Notes: a model not told the origin generated them from the letters alone. DNA of 64,000 bases from Candidatus Omnitrophota bacterium (GCA_025453395.1 JALOQK010000002.1:149625-213624), one strand, 5' to 3'. Shown: positions 36,190-45,863, numbered from the stretch's first letter. Program-made: numbers and translations.

Positions 36190-37743
36190 TCAACAGGTAA
36201 TAGGTGTTTTTAGGTAATCGGGGGGTTGTTTCCCGATGAGTTTATAGAAGTTAGATAAATGCCTTCTAAAAAGCTCATCAAAGGCCTCCGGGCCCTCTCC
36301 GTACCACCAAAACCAGTCGCTTCCTTCGGCAATGTACATTTGCTTCCAGGCCAAATCTGGAATTTTCTCGCCTCTATCTTGCATGTCCTGTAATTCTTTT
36401 CTGGCTATTGCCAGGTATTCCCAGGCGCGCGCCTTGGCAGCGTTTCCGATCCATTTGCCAAATTCCGAATAGATCCAGCTTCCTGCGGCAAGCCGTTTGA
36501 TCTGTTTTTTAGCCGGGAATTTATTCAGGTATTCTTTTACGGTTGTGGTTTGTATATTATCGCTTTCAGAAAGCTTTGTGTAAAGAAGCTCCAAGAAATC
36601 ATGGCCGTCATTTTTATAATATTCCCAGGCGTTTTCTCCGTCCATGGCGATAGTTACCAGGATATCTGTATTTTTAAAAGCGGCGGCGGTATTTTCCAGG
36701 TGCTTCATAAAATCCTCTACCGCGTCTTTGGTGTTCCAGTGGTGGTAAGAAAAGCCGATCATGTCCGAGAGGTTTCGGTCGCGAAATACTACTGCTAACT
36801 CCCCTGCCTCTCTTTTAATTAGATGCGGCTGATAAAGCAATTTAGTGTCTCTTTTTTTGGCGCGCAACGATCTAAAGAGCATAGACTCGTCGGTAACGAT
36901 CCATTTTATGCCCGCGTTCATGATAAAGGGCAAGATATGTTCGCTGACTGCTTCTTCCGAAGGCCACATGCCAACCGGAGAAGCGCCAAATTTATTTTTA
37001 TATAAAGCTACTGCGCTGTCTATTTGGGTTTGGGCGTCTTGGGGATAGGCGAATGCCGGCTTAGGAAGAATAGTTTTGATGTTAGCTTCCTTGGCAACAT
37101 TGGTATTGTATAATAATGGCAGTATGGGGTGATAATAGGGATTGGCAGTAATTTCAATTTGGCCGGTTGCTTGAAACTTGCGGCAGACCGGGATGATCTC
37201 TTCTAAGATATGGGTTTGAGTGTCCAGACAGATGTGCTTATCTTCTTCTGTAAAATCGCGGGCCTTGGCCACAAGCCTGCTTAATTGCGGCAGGTTTTGC
37301 CGGTAATAGGGGTCAATCCAGGCCAGATTAAACCAGACCTGCAGGTCTAGGGTCTCTTGATCGTTGAATTGATGCCCTTGCTTGCGCTTGTAGAAAAGCT
37401 CGTAATAGCGCGGGAAACAGAAGATCACCTTCTCCGGGTTAATCATAAAGAAGTTGTCGCGGATAAAATCGCGTTCTTCCCTTGTTAGTTCAGGCACAGC
37501 CTTATAAGAAAGTTCTAAGAATTTATCTTTAATGGTTCTATTGGTATAATCATCAATTTGCTCTAATAAAGACGGGACAAAATTAAAGGTTTGGTGGATG
37601 CGCGGGAATTTCTCCAGCATCAGGATCATGTCCGCGTAGTCTTTTACCCCATGCAAGCGCACCCAGGGCATGTTGGTTTCCTGTGTCAACAGGTCCTTGT
37701 AATAGGGCTGGTGCATGTGGAAGATAAAAGCCAGATATAACAT
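36190..37743 (-). CDS. Glycoside hydrolase family 57 enzyme (probable 1,4-alpha-glucan branching enzyme / alpha-glucan processing)
   Basis: N-terminal FHMHQPYY (GH57 region I) and a downstream catalytic region. About 517 aa, as for GH57 branching enzymes. Confidence 0.8.
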   Translation of the reverse strand: MLYLAFIFHMHQPYYKDLLTQETNMPWVRLHGVKDYADMILMLEKFPRIHQTFNFVPSLLEQIDDYTNRTIKDKFLELSYKAVPELTREERDFIRDNFFMINPEKVIFCFPRYYELFYKRKQGHQFNDQETLDLQVWFNLAWIDPYYRQNLPQLSRLVAKARDFTEEDKHICLDTQTHILEEIIPVCRKFQATGQIEITANPYYHPILPLLYNTNVAKEANIKTILPKPAFAYPQDAQTQIDSAVALYKNKFGASPVGMWPSEEAVSEHILPFIMNAGIKWIVTDESMLFRSLRAKKRDTKLLYQPHLIKREAGELAVVFRDRNLSDMIGFSYHHWNTKDAVEDFMKHLENTAAAFKNTDILVTIAMDGENAWEYYKNDGHDFLELLYTKLSESDNIQTTTVKEYLNKFPAKKQIKRLAAGSWIYSEFGKWIGNAAKARAWEYLAIARKELQDMQDRGEKIPDLAWKQMYIAEGSDWFWWYGEGPEAFDELFRRHLSNFYKLIGKQPPDYLKTPITC

Positions 37744-37764
37744 TAGGGGGATCCTTAAGGTTAA

Positions 37765-37804
37765 TAAAAAACCCTCGAGGAGTGGCTTCCCCGAGGGTTT
37801 TTTA
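37765..37804. terminator. Bidirectional rho-independent terminator
   Basis: Stem ACCCTCG/CGAGGGT with an A-run upstream and a T-run downstream. It lies between the porin stop and the GH57 start. Confidence 0.6.
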
Positions 37805-37819
37805 TTACATTTTCCGTAA

Positions 37820-39130
37820 TTAGAATGTTACTTTCATTGAACCAACCAATTGATTGGCGTTTTCGCGATAACCATCAGAAAATGCCTTGCCGGGTTTGAA
37901 GAAACCATAGGTAAGCCCTAACTGCACATCTTCAGTGTAATCATAAGCTGCAGTCAAGTCTAAACCATTACCCAGATCTTTACTTTCCATGTTCATTGAA
38001 ACAGCGCTCAAATATACATCTCCGTTAGTATCAAGCTTCTGGCTTGTTAATGAACCAACTCTTTGCGCTAAACGATAATAAGCATAAACAGCTGATAATT
38101 TCAAATCAGCCATAGGCTTAATTGCGCCATTGAGCGAGAATACCTGACAATCCGTAGGAGGTAATATCGCGTTAGCGATATTTGTAGAATTCTGGTCTTC
38201 ATACATATATGTCCATGTTTTGTATTTGTTGTCGCCAGAATTCTTGTCACCCGAAAGGTAAGTATAAGCAAGTCCGATCATGGGTGTCATTTTTACCTTT
38301 GGCATTGCATAATTGGCCATAGCCTGTAATGCCCATGCGCTTATTTTATGCTGTGCAGCATTCGCATTTCCGAATTGATAGGCATATTCCAAAGAAGCAA
38401 GTAAATTTTCAATTTTTGAAGTACTTACAAGGCCGCCTAAGGTGTAGATGTTGGTAGGTTTATTCGCAGTAAAAGTGTGAGCCTTGCTGTCCCAGATATA
38501 ACCTTGAACATTGGTGGTTTTGTCTAAGGCATAGCTAGCGTTGATACCATAAAGATTAGTATCTTGGTTATTTTTAGTTCCTAAAACAGTTTCGTCAATC
38601 TTGGAATAAACTGCGTCAATTACCAATGGGTCATAATTCAAAGTTGCGCGGATAGCATCAAAGGCTTTCCTTAAAGACAGGTCTGAAGGCACGCCATTCA
38701 ATAATGTGCTGCCGGATCCATTTGTATATGTGTTTGATGCGCCGATAATCAGTTTATTGCCAAATGCGATTTCCTGACGTCCGACTTTGACGGTTAAAGG
38801 AGAATATAAAAACTCCTTTAAGGTAACAGAAGCTAAGTCAAGGTTGATGTCAGTGGTGTTTGCTGTTTCTGCGTCCCAGTTTCTTTCGTTAATTAACCTG
38901 ACGGTAGCAGATACCATATCAGTTAGATCAGCATCCACTTTTACGCGGGTCTGGGAAAGAAACATAGATTCAGAAACCTTTGCATTTTCATTTAAATTAA
39001 AGTTATTACGGGCCATTGCAGTAACTGCAAGGTCGCCGCTAACTTTAACATTCTGTACTTCTGCGTATGCCGCGAAGCAAAATCCTACGGCAAACACCAG
39101 CGCCAGAATTACTATTAAGCGTTTATTCAT
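37820..39130 (-). CDS. Outer membrane beta-barrel protein (porin-like)
   Basis: Signal peptide, alternating amphipathic beta-strands, and a C-terminal Phe (VGSMKVTF). Confidence 0.6.
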   Translation of the reverse strand: MNKRLIVILALVFAVGFCFAAYAEVQNVKVSGDLAVTAMARNNFNLNENAKVSESMFLSQTRVKVDADLTDMVSATVRLINERNWDAETANTTDINLDLASVTLKEFLYSPLTVKVGRQEIAFGNKLIIGASNTYTNGSGSTLLNGVPSDLSLRKAFDAIRATLNYDPLVIDAVYSKIDETVLGTKNNQDTNLYGINASYALDKTTNVQGYIWDSKAHTFTANKPTNIYTLGGLVSTSKIENLLASLEYAYQFGNANAAQHKISAWALQAMANYAMPKVKMTPMIGLAYTYLSGDKNSGDNKYKTWTYMYEDQNSTNIANAILPPTDCQVFSLNGAIKPMADLKLSAVYAYYRLAQRVGSLTSQKLDTNGDVYLSAVSMNMESKDLGNGLDLTAAYDYTEDVQLGLTYGFFKPGKAFSDGYRENANQLVGSMKVTF

Positions 39131-39338
39131 TTTTTTAAATCCTCCTTATGAGAATATTCGAGTATGCAAAACTTAATGTTGTGTTCTATTATACTAGGTT
39201 TTTTTAAAAAATATGTACCTAGAGATTTCCATCTATATGTATATCACTGGTATTTGTATGGCTTCAGGCTGCTTTTTTCTTCACCCCCTTTCCCGTCTGG
39301 GATTAAAACCATTACCAATGGTATAGCCTATTTTATCC

Positions 39339-39368
39339 ATTTTTATCACATAACCTCTTTGTTGTCAA
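39339..39368 (-). promoter_or_regulatory. Sigma-70-type promoter candidate for the porin gene, with a long 5' UTR
   Basis: On the - strand: TTGACA, 17-bp spacer, TAAAAA(T). A roughly 200-nt leader contains a 7-bp hairpin (cctggcc...ggccagg). Confidence 0.35.
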
Positions 39369-39483
39369 GAGTTATTTACCTAGAAAAAGGTACACCTGGC
39401 CTTCCGATAGGCCAGGGTGTTAGACTCTAGGGGCACACCGGCGCAATTCAGATAAGCGCGAGGTGCTACACTACCCATATTTG

Positions 39484-39538
39484 TTTTGTAATTATTTATG
39501 CTGGATTGGGTTAGCTAAAGCGTCTACGATTTTTAGAT
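39484..39538. repeat. REP-like element, third copy
   Basis: gttttgtaatt...ggttagctaaagcgtctacg shares about 45 bp with 2591-2638. Confidence 0.55.
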
Positions 39539-40112
39539 TCAATCCAATTTGATTTAGTTCTTCTGGGGCCAAGATGTCATCCGGATGATGGCAGTCCATG
39601 TTAAGCGCAAACTTTGCGCCCAGGGCCAGGCCGCGTTCTGCGACATGGGGGTTGGCTTGATTATGACCTCTTCTGGAAGTGATCTCAAGAAGTACCCCTC
39701 TTTTTATGGCCAAAAGAATATCCTCATCGGTGATTAGGCCGGGATGTGCTAAGATATCTACCCCAGCTTCAATTGCCGCGCGGTTAGTGCCCTTCACTAC
39801 TGGCTCATTGGGAGTTTCTCCGTGTCCAATAATTACCTTTATGCCGGCTTTGCGCGCGTATTTTACCAAAGGTTTAAATTGGCTTGGTGGGATATGGGTT
39901 AATTCTACGCCCGGAAGTACGGTTATCCCTCCACTATGAGGCCATTTATTGCTAAATTTAAGGATTGAGCCAACCACAAAATCAATATTGCTTGTGTCAA
40001 CATGGTCGGTAATGGCCAAGAGTTTATAGCCTTTGGCTTGATGCCGGATGGCTAATTCCGACGGCAAGAGGCATCCGTCGCTTAAAAGTGAGTGCGAATG
40101 TAGATTAACCAT
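39492..40112 (-). CDS. PHP-domain phosphoesterase (histidinol-phosphatase-like)
   Basis: MVNLHSHSLLSDG start and ITDH motif. The ORF-track N-terminal extension overlaps tRNA-Arg and was rejected. Confidence 0.7.
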   Translation of the reverse strand: MVNLHSHSLLSDGCLLPSELAIRHQAKGYKLLAITDHVDTSNIDFVVGSILKFSNKWPHSGGITVLPGVELTHIPPSQFKPLVKYARKAGIKVIIGHGETPNEPVVKGTNRAAIEAGVDILAHPGLITDEDILLAIKRGVLLEITSRRGHNQANPHVAERGLALGAKFALNMDCHHPDDILAPEELNQIGLNLKIVDALANPIQHK

Positions 40113-40188
40113 GGAATTTTTAATTTCTTTAGTTTTGAATTTTGAATTGTAGTTTTGAATTTTTCGCTTTAACTTTTGAATTAATAAG

Positions 40189-40262
40189 TGCCCCTGGCAG
40201 GAATCGAACCTGCCGCACACAGTTTAGGAAACTGTTGCTCTATCCTTATGAGCTACAGGGGC
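40189..40262 (-). tRNA. tRNA-Arg (anticodon CCT)
   Basis: The - strand folds as acceptor GCCCCUG/CAGGGGC, D-arm GCUC-AUAAGGAUA-GAGC, anticodon arm ACAGU-UUCCUAA-ACUGU, T-arm GCAGG-UUCGAUU-CCUGC, discriminator A. Confidence 0.9.
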
Positions 40263-40342
40263 AATTTAGCATAAGAGTGAGTTTTGGGTTGTGGGTAGTG
40301 GGTCTGGGGTGGGGGTGGATTATTCATCCCCACTGCTCATTC

Positions 40343-40870
40343 CTAATATTTTATTATTGAAAATACAGGGTAGCCTTTTAGTTTTTCTTTGCCGTTAAGG
40401 CCTAATAATTCTACTAAAAATAATATGCCTACAATTGTGCCTTGGGCATTGGTGACTAATTTAGTAACTGCCTGGGCTGTGCCTCCTGTAGCAAGAAGGT
40501 CGTCCACAATAAGGACCCGCTCTTTAGGCAAGATAGCATCTTCGTGCATAAAAAGGGTATCGGTGCCGTATTCCAGGTCATAGGTTACTGAAGCGGTCTT
40601 CCAGGGCAGCTTCCCTTTTTTTCTGACCGGCACAAAGCCAGCTCCTATTTTATAGGCTAAGGCCGCTCCAAACATAAATCCGCGCGCTTCCACCGCGATT
40701 ATTTTATCAATTTTCTTGCCTTTGATCTTTTCCGCCAAGCTGTTGACTGCCTGCCTGAAGGTTTTTTTATCGTTAAGAAGGGTGGTAATGTCGCGGAATA
40801 AGATTCCAGGCTTAGGAAAGTCAGGAATATCACGGATAAATTTCTTAAGGTCCATTTTAGACTTTTTCAT
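40343..40870 (-). CDS. apt: Adenine phosphoribosyltransferase
   Basis: PRTase motif VLIVDDLLATGGTA plus a conserved N-terminus. Confidence 0.85.
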   Translation of the reverse strand: MKKSKMDLKKFIRDIPDFPKPGILFRDITTLLNDKKTFRQAVNSLAEKIKGKKIDKIIAVEARGFMFGAALAYKIGAGFVPVRKKGKLPWKTASVTYDLEYGTDTLFMHEDAILPKERVLIVDDLLATGGTAQAVTKLVTNAQGTIVGILFLVELLGLNGKEKLKGYPVFSIIKY

Positions 40871-41692
40871 TTAGAGAAGCTCCTTTTTCTCCTGTTGAAT
40901 TATATATTTGCGGATTTTCTTAAGCGCGTCTTCCTCAATTTGCCTTACTCTTTCCCGGGAAACTTTCAGTTTCTTGGCAACTTCTGCTAAGGTGTAGGTT
41001 TTGCCGTCAGTGAGGCCAAAACGCATCCCTACAACTGTGCGTTCCCGTTCGGGCATATTTTCCATTAGATTTGAAACACGCTCTTTATCCAAAAGTTTCC
41101 TTATGCCGGCGTCGGGGCTGGCGGACGCGGTATCTTCCAAAAGATCATGAATTTGCCCTTCTCCTTCTTCTCCGACGGGCGCTTCCAATGATGATGTGGT
41201 TGTGGCAAGCCAGAAATTTATCTGTTCAGCTTTTGCTTTGGTCAGGCGAAGTTTCTTGGTTATTTCCTGGTCTGTGGGCTGGCGTTTTAATTTGTGAGCA
41301 AGCTGTTCTTTGGCCTTTTTCCATTTAGTGATCAGTTCATTCATATACACCGGAATGCGGATCAGTTTGCCCTGCTCAATGATGGAGCGGGTAATATTCT
41401 GCCTTATCCACCATGCGGCATAGGTGGAGAAACGGTACCCTTTGCGGGGATTGAATTTATCAACCGCCCGCATCAGGCCCAAATTCCCCTCTTCAATTAA
41501 ATCCATAAAGGGAATGCCTAAGTACATATATTTCTTGGCAATGTTAATTACTAACCGCAGGTTGGCGCGGATCATGTTCTTGCGCGCCTGTTCATCTCCA
41601 GCGTGGATGCGATTGCTTAGCTGGATTTCTTCCTGCGCGGTCAATAAGGCTATGCCGCGGATCTCTTTTAGGTAAACCTTTAGGGATTCCAT
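40871..41692 (-). CDS. RNA polymerase sigma factor, sigma-70 family (group 1/2-like, 273 aa)
   Basis: Regions 2 (YAAWWIRQNI), 3 and 4.2 (TLAEVAKKLKVSRERVRQIEEDALKKIR). Confidence 0.85.
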   Translation of the reverse strand: MESLKVYLKEIRGIALLTAQEEIQLSNRIHAGDEQARKNMIRANLRLVINIAKKYMYLGIPFMDLIEEGNLGLMRAVDKFNPRKGYRFSTYAAWWIRQNITRSIIEQGKLIRIPVYMNELITKWKKAKEQLAHKLKRQPTDQEITKKLRLTKAKAEQINFWLATTTSSLEAPVGEEGEGQIHDLLEDTASASPDAGIRKLLDKERVSNLMENMPERERTVVGMRFGLTDGKTYTLAEVAKKLKVSRERVRQIEEDALKKIRKYIIQQEKKELL

Positions 41693-41696
41693 AGTT

Positions 41697-44444
41697 TTAT
41701 TTTTTCTTTGCTTTCTTTTCCTTTAACGCTGCCTGCGCTGCTGCTAAGGTTGCTATCGGGACCCTGAATGGCGAACAGCTGACATAGTTCATGCCTACCT
41801 TATGGCAGAACTCTACGGTCCTAGGGTCTCCCCCATGCTCGCCGCAGATGCCTACTTCAAGGTCTTTGCGTGTCTTGCGGCCGCGCTCAATGCTGATTTT
41901 AATTAATTCTCCAATGCCTTCCTGGTCAATGGTCTGGAACGGGTCTTCGGGCAAGATTCCCTTTTTGATGTAATCCGGCAGGAACCCCCCGATATCATCT
42001 CTTGAGAAACCAAAACCCATTTGGGTTAAGTCATTGGTTCCGAATGAGAAGAATTGCGCGACCTGCGCAATTTTGCCAGATACGAATGCCGCGCGCGGAA
42101 TCTCAATCATGGTTCCGAACATATGTTTGATTTTGGAGAGATTGAATTTCTTTAAAACATCCTCGTAAACCTTTTTGGCAAGCGCCAATTGGTCGTCTAA
42201 TTCTTTGACATCGCAGACAACCGGGATCATGATCTCCGGGTAAGGCTTTTTGCCTTCTTTGAGCAATTCCGCGGATGCCTCAAAGATCGCCTGGATCTGC
42301 ATCATGCTTACTTCCGGATAGGTCACTCCTAAACGCACTCCGCGGTGGCCCATCATCGGGTTTGACTCATGAAGCGCCTCGGCGCGGCTGGTTAGTTCTT
42401 CCATGCTGATATTAAGTTCCTTGGCAAGCGATTCCAGTTTAGCTTGTTCGCGCGGGACAAATTCATGCAATGGCGGATCCAATAAGCGAAAGACAACTGG
42501 GAGCGCGTCCATGGCATCAAGGGTTGCCTTAATATCTTTTTTCACAAACGGGAACAACTCTCCCAGGGCTTTTTTGCGCTCATCCAGAGTTTTAGAAACA
42601 ATCATTTTCCTAAGTAAAAATAGCGGCTGGTCAGAGCCTTTTCCATAGAACATATGTTCGGTGCGGAAAAGCCCTAAACCTTCAGCGCCAAACTGACGCG
42701 CCCTCTTGGAATCTTCTGGGGTGTCAGCGTTGGTGCGGATGCCTAATTTTTTGGATTCCTTGCACATTTTCAGGAATTCAGTTAAGAGCATGTTTTCTTC
42801 AGAAGAATCCATCATGGGAAGTTCGCCTTCATAGACATTGCCTTTGGTGCCATTTAAGGTAATCCATTCGCCTTCCCTTAAGATCTTGTTGTCAATATGC
42901 AGCTCTTTTTTATGGTAGTCTATGTGTATAGAAGAACATCCTACAATGCAGCATTTTCCCCAACCGCGGGCAACTAATGCCGCGTGCGAGGTCATGCCTC
43001 CTCTTGCGGTTAAAATCGCCTGTGCCGCGCGCATGCCCTCAACGTCTTCGGGATTGGTTTCTTCGCGCACCAGGATGACTTTTTTATTCAGTTTTGCCCA
43101 TGCCACAGCTTCTTGGGCGCTAAAGACGATTTGCCCTGTTGCTCCGCCCGGACCAGCGGGAAGGCCTTTGGCTAAAGGTTTGCTGGCAAGCTCTACTTTG
43201 GGGTTGATGATCGGATGCAGTAATTCGTCTAACTGGCTGGGGGTTACGCGCATCACCGCTGTTTCTTTGGTGATAAGTTTTTCTTTGGTCATGTCAACTG
43301 CCATGCGCACTGCTGCCGGGCCGTTACGTTTCCCGACGCGGCACTGCAGCATAAACAGCCTTCCCTTTTCAATAGTAAATTCAATATCCTGCATATCGCG
43401 GTAGTGTTTTTCTAATCTGGCGCGGTATTCAGCTAATTCTTTGTAAAGTTTGGGCATTGCTTTTTCAAGAGTCAACAATGCCTTGTTGTGTTCGGATTTG
43501 GAGTATTCATTTATCGGCGCGGGGGTCCTGATGCCAGCGACCACGTCTTCGCCTTGGGCGTTGATGAGGAATTCGCCGTAGAAATTATTTTCTCCGTTTC
43601 CGGGATTTCTGCTAAAGGCAACTCCGGTTGCCGAATCATTGCCCATATTCCCAAAGACCATGGTTTGCACGTTTACCGCTGTGCCCCATTCATCTGGAAT
43701 GCTTTCGATCCTGCGGTAGCTTATCGCGCGTTTTCCGTTCCATGAAGAAAATACCGCGCTTATCCCGCCCCAAAGCTGCTCAATGGGATCATCAGGGAAT
43801 TCTTTATTTAAAACTTCCTTGATCTTTCCTTTGAATAAAATGCACAGCTGTTTTAAGTCTTCATGGGTAAGGTCAGTATCGGAATTGCAGCCTTTTTCTT
43901 TTTTCATCTGGGCCATGATCTTTTCAAGCTGTTTACGGATGCCTTCTTCATCCTTGGGCTCAACACCAGCTGCCTTTTCCATGACTACGTCGGAGTACAT
44001 CATAATCAGCCTTCTGTAGGCATCATAGACAAAACGCGCGTTGCCGCCGCTTTGCTTGATTAATCCGGGGATCGTCTTCTCGGTTAACCCTACATTAAGC
44101 ACGGTTTCCATCATCCCGGGCATGGATTTTCTGGCTCCAGAGCGCACAGATACAAGAAGCGGATTGTTGGCGTCTCCAAATTTCCTGCCCATGAGTTTTT
44201 CTACCTTTTCCAGCGCCTTTTCCACTTCTTGGCGCAGGCCCTTGGGATAGGTTTTCTTGGCTTTATAATAATAAACACAAACGTCAGTTGTAATAGTGAA
44301 TCCCGGAGGCACAGGAAGTTTTAGATCTTTGTGGCCTGCCATCTCTGCCAAGTTGGCTCCTTTGCCGCCCAGGAGATTTTTCATGCTTTCATTGCCGTCT
44401 GCCTTGCCGCCACCGAAAGAATACACGTTCTTTTTTGTTGCCAT
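41697..44444 (-). CDS. ppdK: Pyruvate, phosphate dikinase
   Basis: 915 aa. PEP-utilising enzyme mobile domain with catalytic His (GGMTSHAALVARGWG) and a C-terminal PEP-binding TIM barrel. Confidence 0.95.
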   Translation of the reverse strand: MATKKNVYSFGGGKADGNESMKNLLGGKGANLAEMAGHKDLKLPVPPGFTITTDVCVYYYKAKKTYPKGLRQEVEKALEKVEKLMGRKFGDANNPLLVSVRSGARKSMPGMMETVLNVGLTEKTIPGLIKQSGGNARFVYDAYRRLIMMYSDVVMEKAAGVEPKDEEGIRKQLEKIMAQMKKEKGCNSDTDLTHEDLKQLCILFKGKIKEVLNKEFPDDPIEQLWGGISAVFSSWNGKRAISYRRIESIPDEWGTAVNVQTMVFGNMGNDSATGVAFSRNPGNGENNFYGEFLINAQGEDVVAGIRTPAPINEYSKSEHNKALLTLEKAMPKLYKELAEYRARLEKHYRDMQDIEFTIEKGRLFMLQCRVGKRNGPAAVRMAVDMTKEKLITKETAVMRVTPSQLDELLHPIINPKVELASKPLAKGLPAGPGGATGQIVFSAQEAVAWAKLNKKVILVREETNPEDVEGMRAAQAILTARGGMTSHAALVARGWGKCCIVGCSSIHIDYHKKELHIDNKILREGEWITLNGTKGNVYEGELPMMDSSEENMLLTEFLKMCKESKKLGIRTNADTPEDSKRARQFGAEGLGLFRTEHMFYGKGSDQPLFLLRKMIVSKTLDERKKALGELFPFVKKDIKATLDAMDALPVVFRLLDPPLHEFVPREQAKLESLAKELNISMEELTSRAEALHESNPMMGHRGVRLGVTYPEVSMMQIQAIFEASAELLKEGKKPYPEIMIPVVCDVKELDDQLALAKKVYEDVLKKFNLSKIKHMFGTMIEIPRAAFVSGKIAQVAQFFSFGTNDLTQMGFGFSRDDIGGFLPDYIKKGILPEDPFQTIDQEGIGELIKISIERGRKTRKDLEVGICGEHGGDPRTVEFCHKVGMNYVSCSPFRVPIATLAAAQAALKEKKAKKK

Positions 44445-44470
44445 TGTCTTTAAAACCCTGCCTTTCTGGT

Positions 44471-44559
44471 TAAGGTTAAATAAGGTTAAATAATGTTACA
44501 TGATGTTAAATGAGGTTGCTTAAAATCTTTTTTTGCAACCTCATGTAACGTCATTTAAC
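44471..44559. repeat. Second locus of the 10-bp phased GTTAAATGAGGTTGC motif family, with hairpin
   Basis: taaggttaaa x2, aatgttacat, gatgttaaat, then gaggttgc-N15-gcaacctc. The glyQS stop codon lies in the right arm. Confidence 0.75.
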
Positions 44560-45854
44560 TTTTCTATTAGGTATTGTTTTAATCTATCCACCTGAATTCT
44601 TTCCTGTAACATTGTGTCGCGGTCGCGCACAGTAACTCGGTTGTCTTCCAAAGATTGCACATCAATAGTTACGCAATAAAGAGTGCCTACTTCGTCCTGC
44701 CTGCGGTAGAGCTTGCCGATGGCCGCGGTATCATCATAAACGGCAGTAAAACTTTTTTTCAAATCTCCGGAGATCTTTTTGGCCAGTTCTACTATCGCGG
44801 GCCGGTTTTTTAAAAGCGGCAAAACCGCTACCTTTACCGCAGAGAGCGCCTTGTTTAATTTCATGACTACGCGGGTATCGTCTTTTACTTTTTCTTCAGC
44901 GTAGGCATCAACCATAAAAGCCAGGGTCGCCCTGTCCACCCCGCCAGAGGGTTCGATAATATAAGGCAAAAACCTTTCCTTAGAAGCTTCGTTAAAATAA
45001 GAAAAATCCTTGCCGCTTGCCTGCGCGTGCTGGCGCAGGTCAAAATCACTTCTATTGGCGATGCCTTCCAGCTCAGACCAGCCAAACGGGAAGTTGTATT
45101 CAATATCCGTGCAGCCTTTAGCGTAGTGGGCTAGTTCGTCCTTGGCGTGCTCTCTTTTGCGCAAGTTTTCCGGTTTGATGCCTAATCCAAGATACCAATT
45201 AAAGCGTTCTTCTACCCATGCTTGGTAAGAGTTTTCGGCTTCTTCCGGGCGCACGAAATACTCAATTTCCATCTGCTCAAATTCACGGGTGCGGAAGGTA
45301 AAATTTCCCGGAGTGATTTCATTGCGGAAAGATTTGCCGATTTGCGCTATGCCAAAAGGCAGTTTCGGATGCTTGGAGTCCATCACATTGATAAAATTGA
45401 CAAAGATTCCCTGGGCTGTTTCCGGGCGAAGATAGATAAGATTAGAGTCGTCTTCTACCGGGCCCTGATGGGTCTTAAACATCAAGTTAAACGCCCTGGC
45501 ATCGGTTAATTGCGAGCCGCATTCCGGGCACTTATTTTTATCTTTCAGGTCCTCGGTCTTAAAACGTTTCTTGCAGGATTTACATTCGCTTTTAAGGTCA
45601 AAGAAATTATCTACGTGGCCTGATGCCTGCCAGACCTTAGGGTTCATCAGAATAGCAGCGTCCATCCCGTAAATATCGTATCTTTGGTGGACGTTTGTCT
45701 TCCACCAGTTTTGCTTCAGGTTGTTCTTTAATTCTACCCCAAACGGCCCGTAATCCCAGGTATTGCTTAAGCCCCCGTATACTTCAGAAGACTGAAAAAT
45801 AAACCCGCGGCGCTTGCAAAGTGACGCAATCTTGTCCATCACGCTGTTATCCAT
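44541..45854 (-). CDS. glyQS: Glycine--tRNA ligase (alpha2 homodimeric type)
   Basis: 437 aa class II aaRS with a conserved N-terminus (FQSSEVYGGLSNTWDYGP). Confidence 0.9.
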   Translation of the reverse strand: MDNSVMDKIASLCKRRGFIFQSSEVYGGLSNTWDYGPFGVELKNNLKQNWWKTNVHQRYDIYGMDAAILMNPKVWQASGHVDNFFDLKSECKSCKKRFKTEDLKDKNKCPECGSQLTDARAFNLMFKTHQGPVEDDSNLIYLRPETAQGIFVNFINVMDSKHPKLPFGIAQIGKSFRNEITPGNFTFRTREFEQMEIEYFVRPEEAENSYQAWVEERFNWYLGLGIKPENLRKREHAKDELAHYAKGCTDIEYNFPFGWSELEGIANRSDFDLRQHAQASGKDFSYFNEASKERFLPYIIEPSGGVDRATLAFMVDAYAEEKVKDDTRVVMKLNKALSAVKVAVLPLLKNRPAIVELAKKISGDLKKSFTAVYDDTAAIGKLYRRQDEVGTLYCVTIDVQSLEDNRVTVRDRDTMLQERIQVDRLKQYLIEKLNDVT

Positions 45855-45863
45855 AGAACTCTA

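Noticed and set aside
40113-40220. N-terminal extension of the PHP-domain ORF (track start 40220)
   Set aside because: It overlaps tRNA-Arg(CCT) on the same strand. The conserved PHP N-terminus MVNLHSHS starts at 40112.
44512-44542. Rho-independent terminator for glyQS (hairpin gaggttgc/gcaacctc)
   Set aside because: The stem is followed by neither a U-run on the - strand nor a T-run on the + strand. The T-run lies in the loop. It is more plausibly part of the dispersed repeat element than a canonical terminator.
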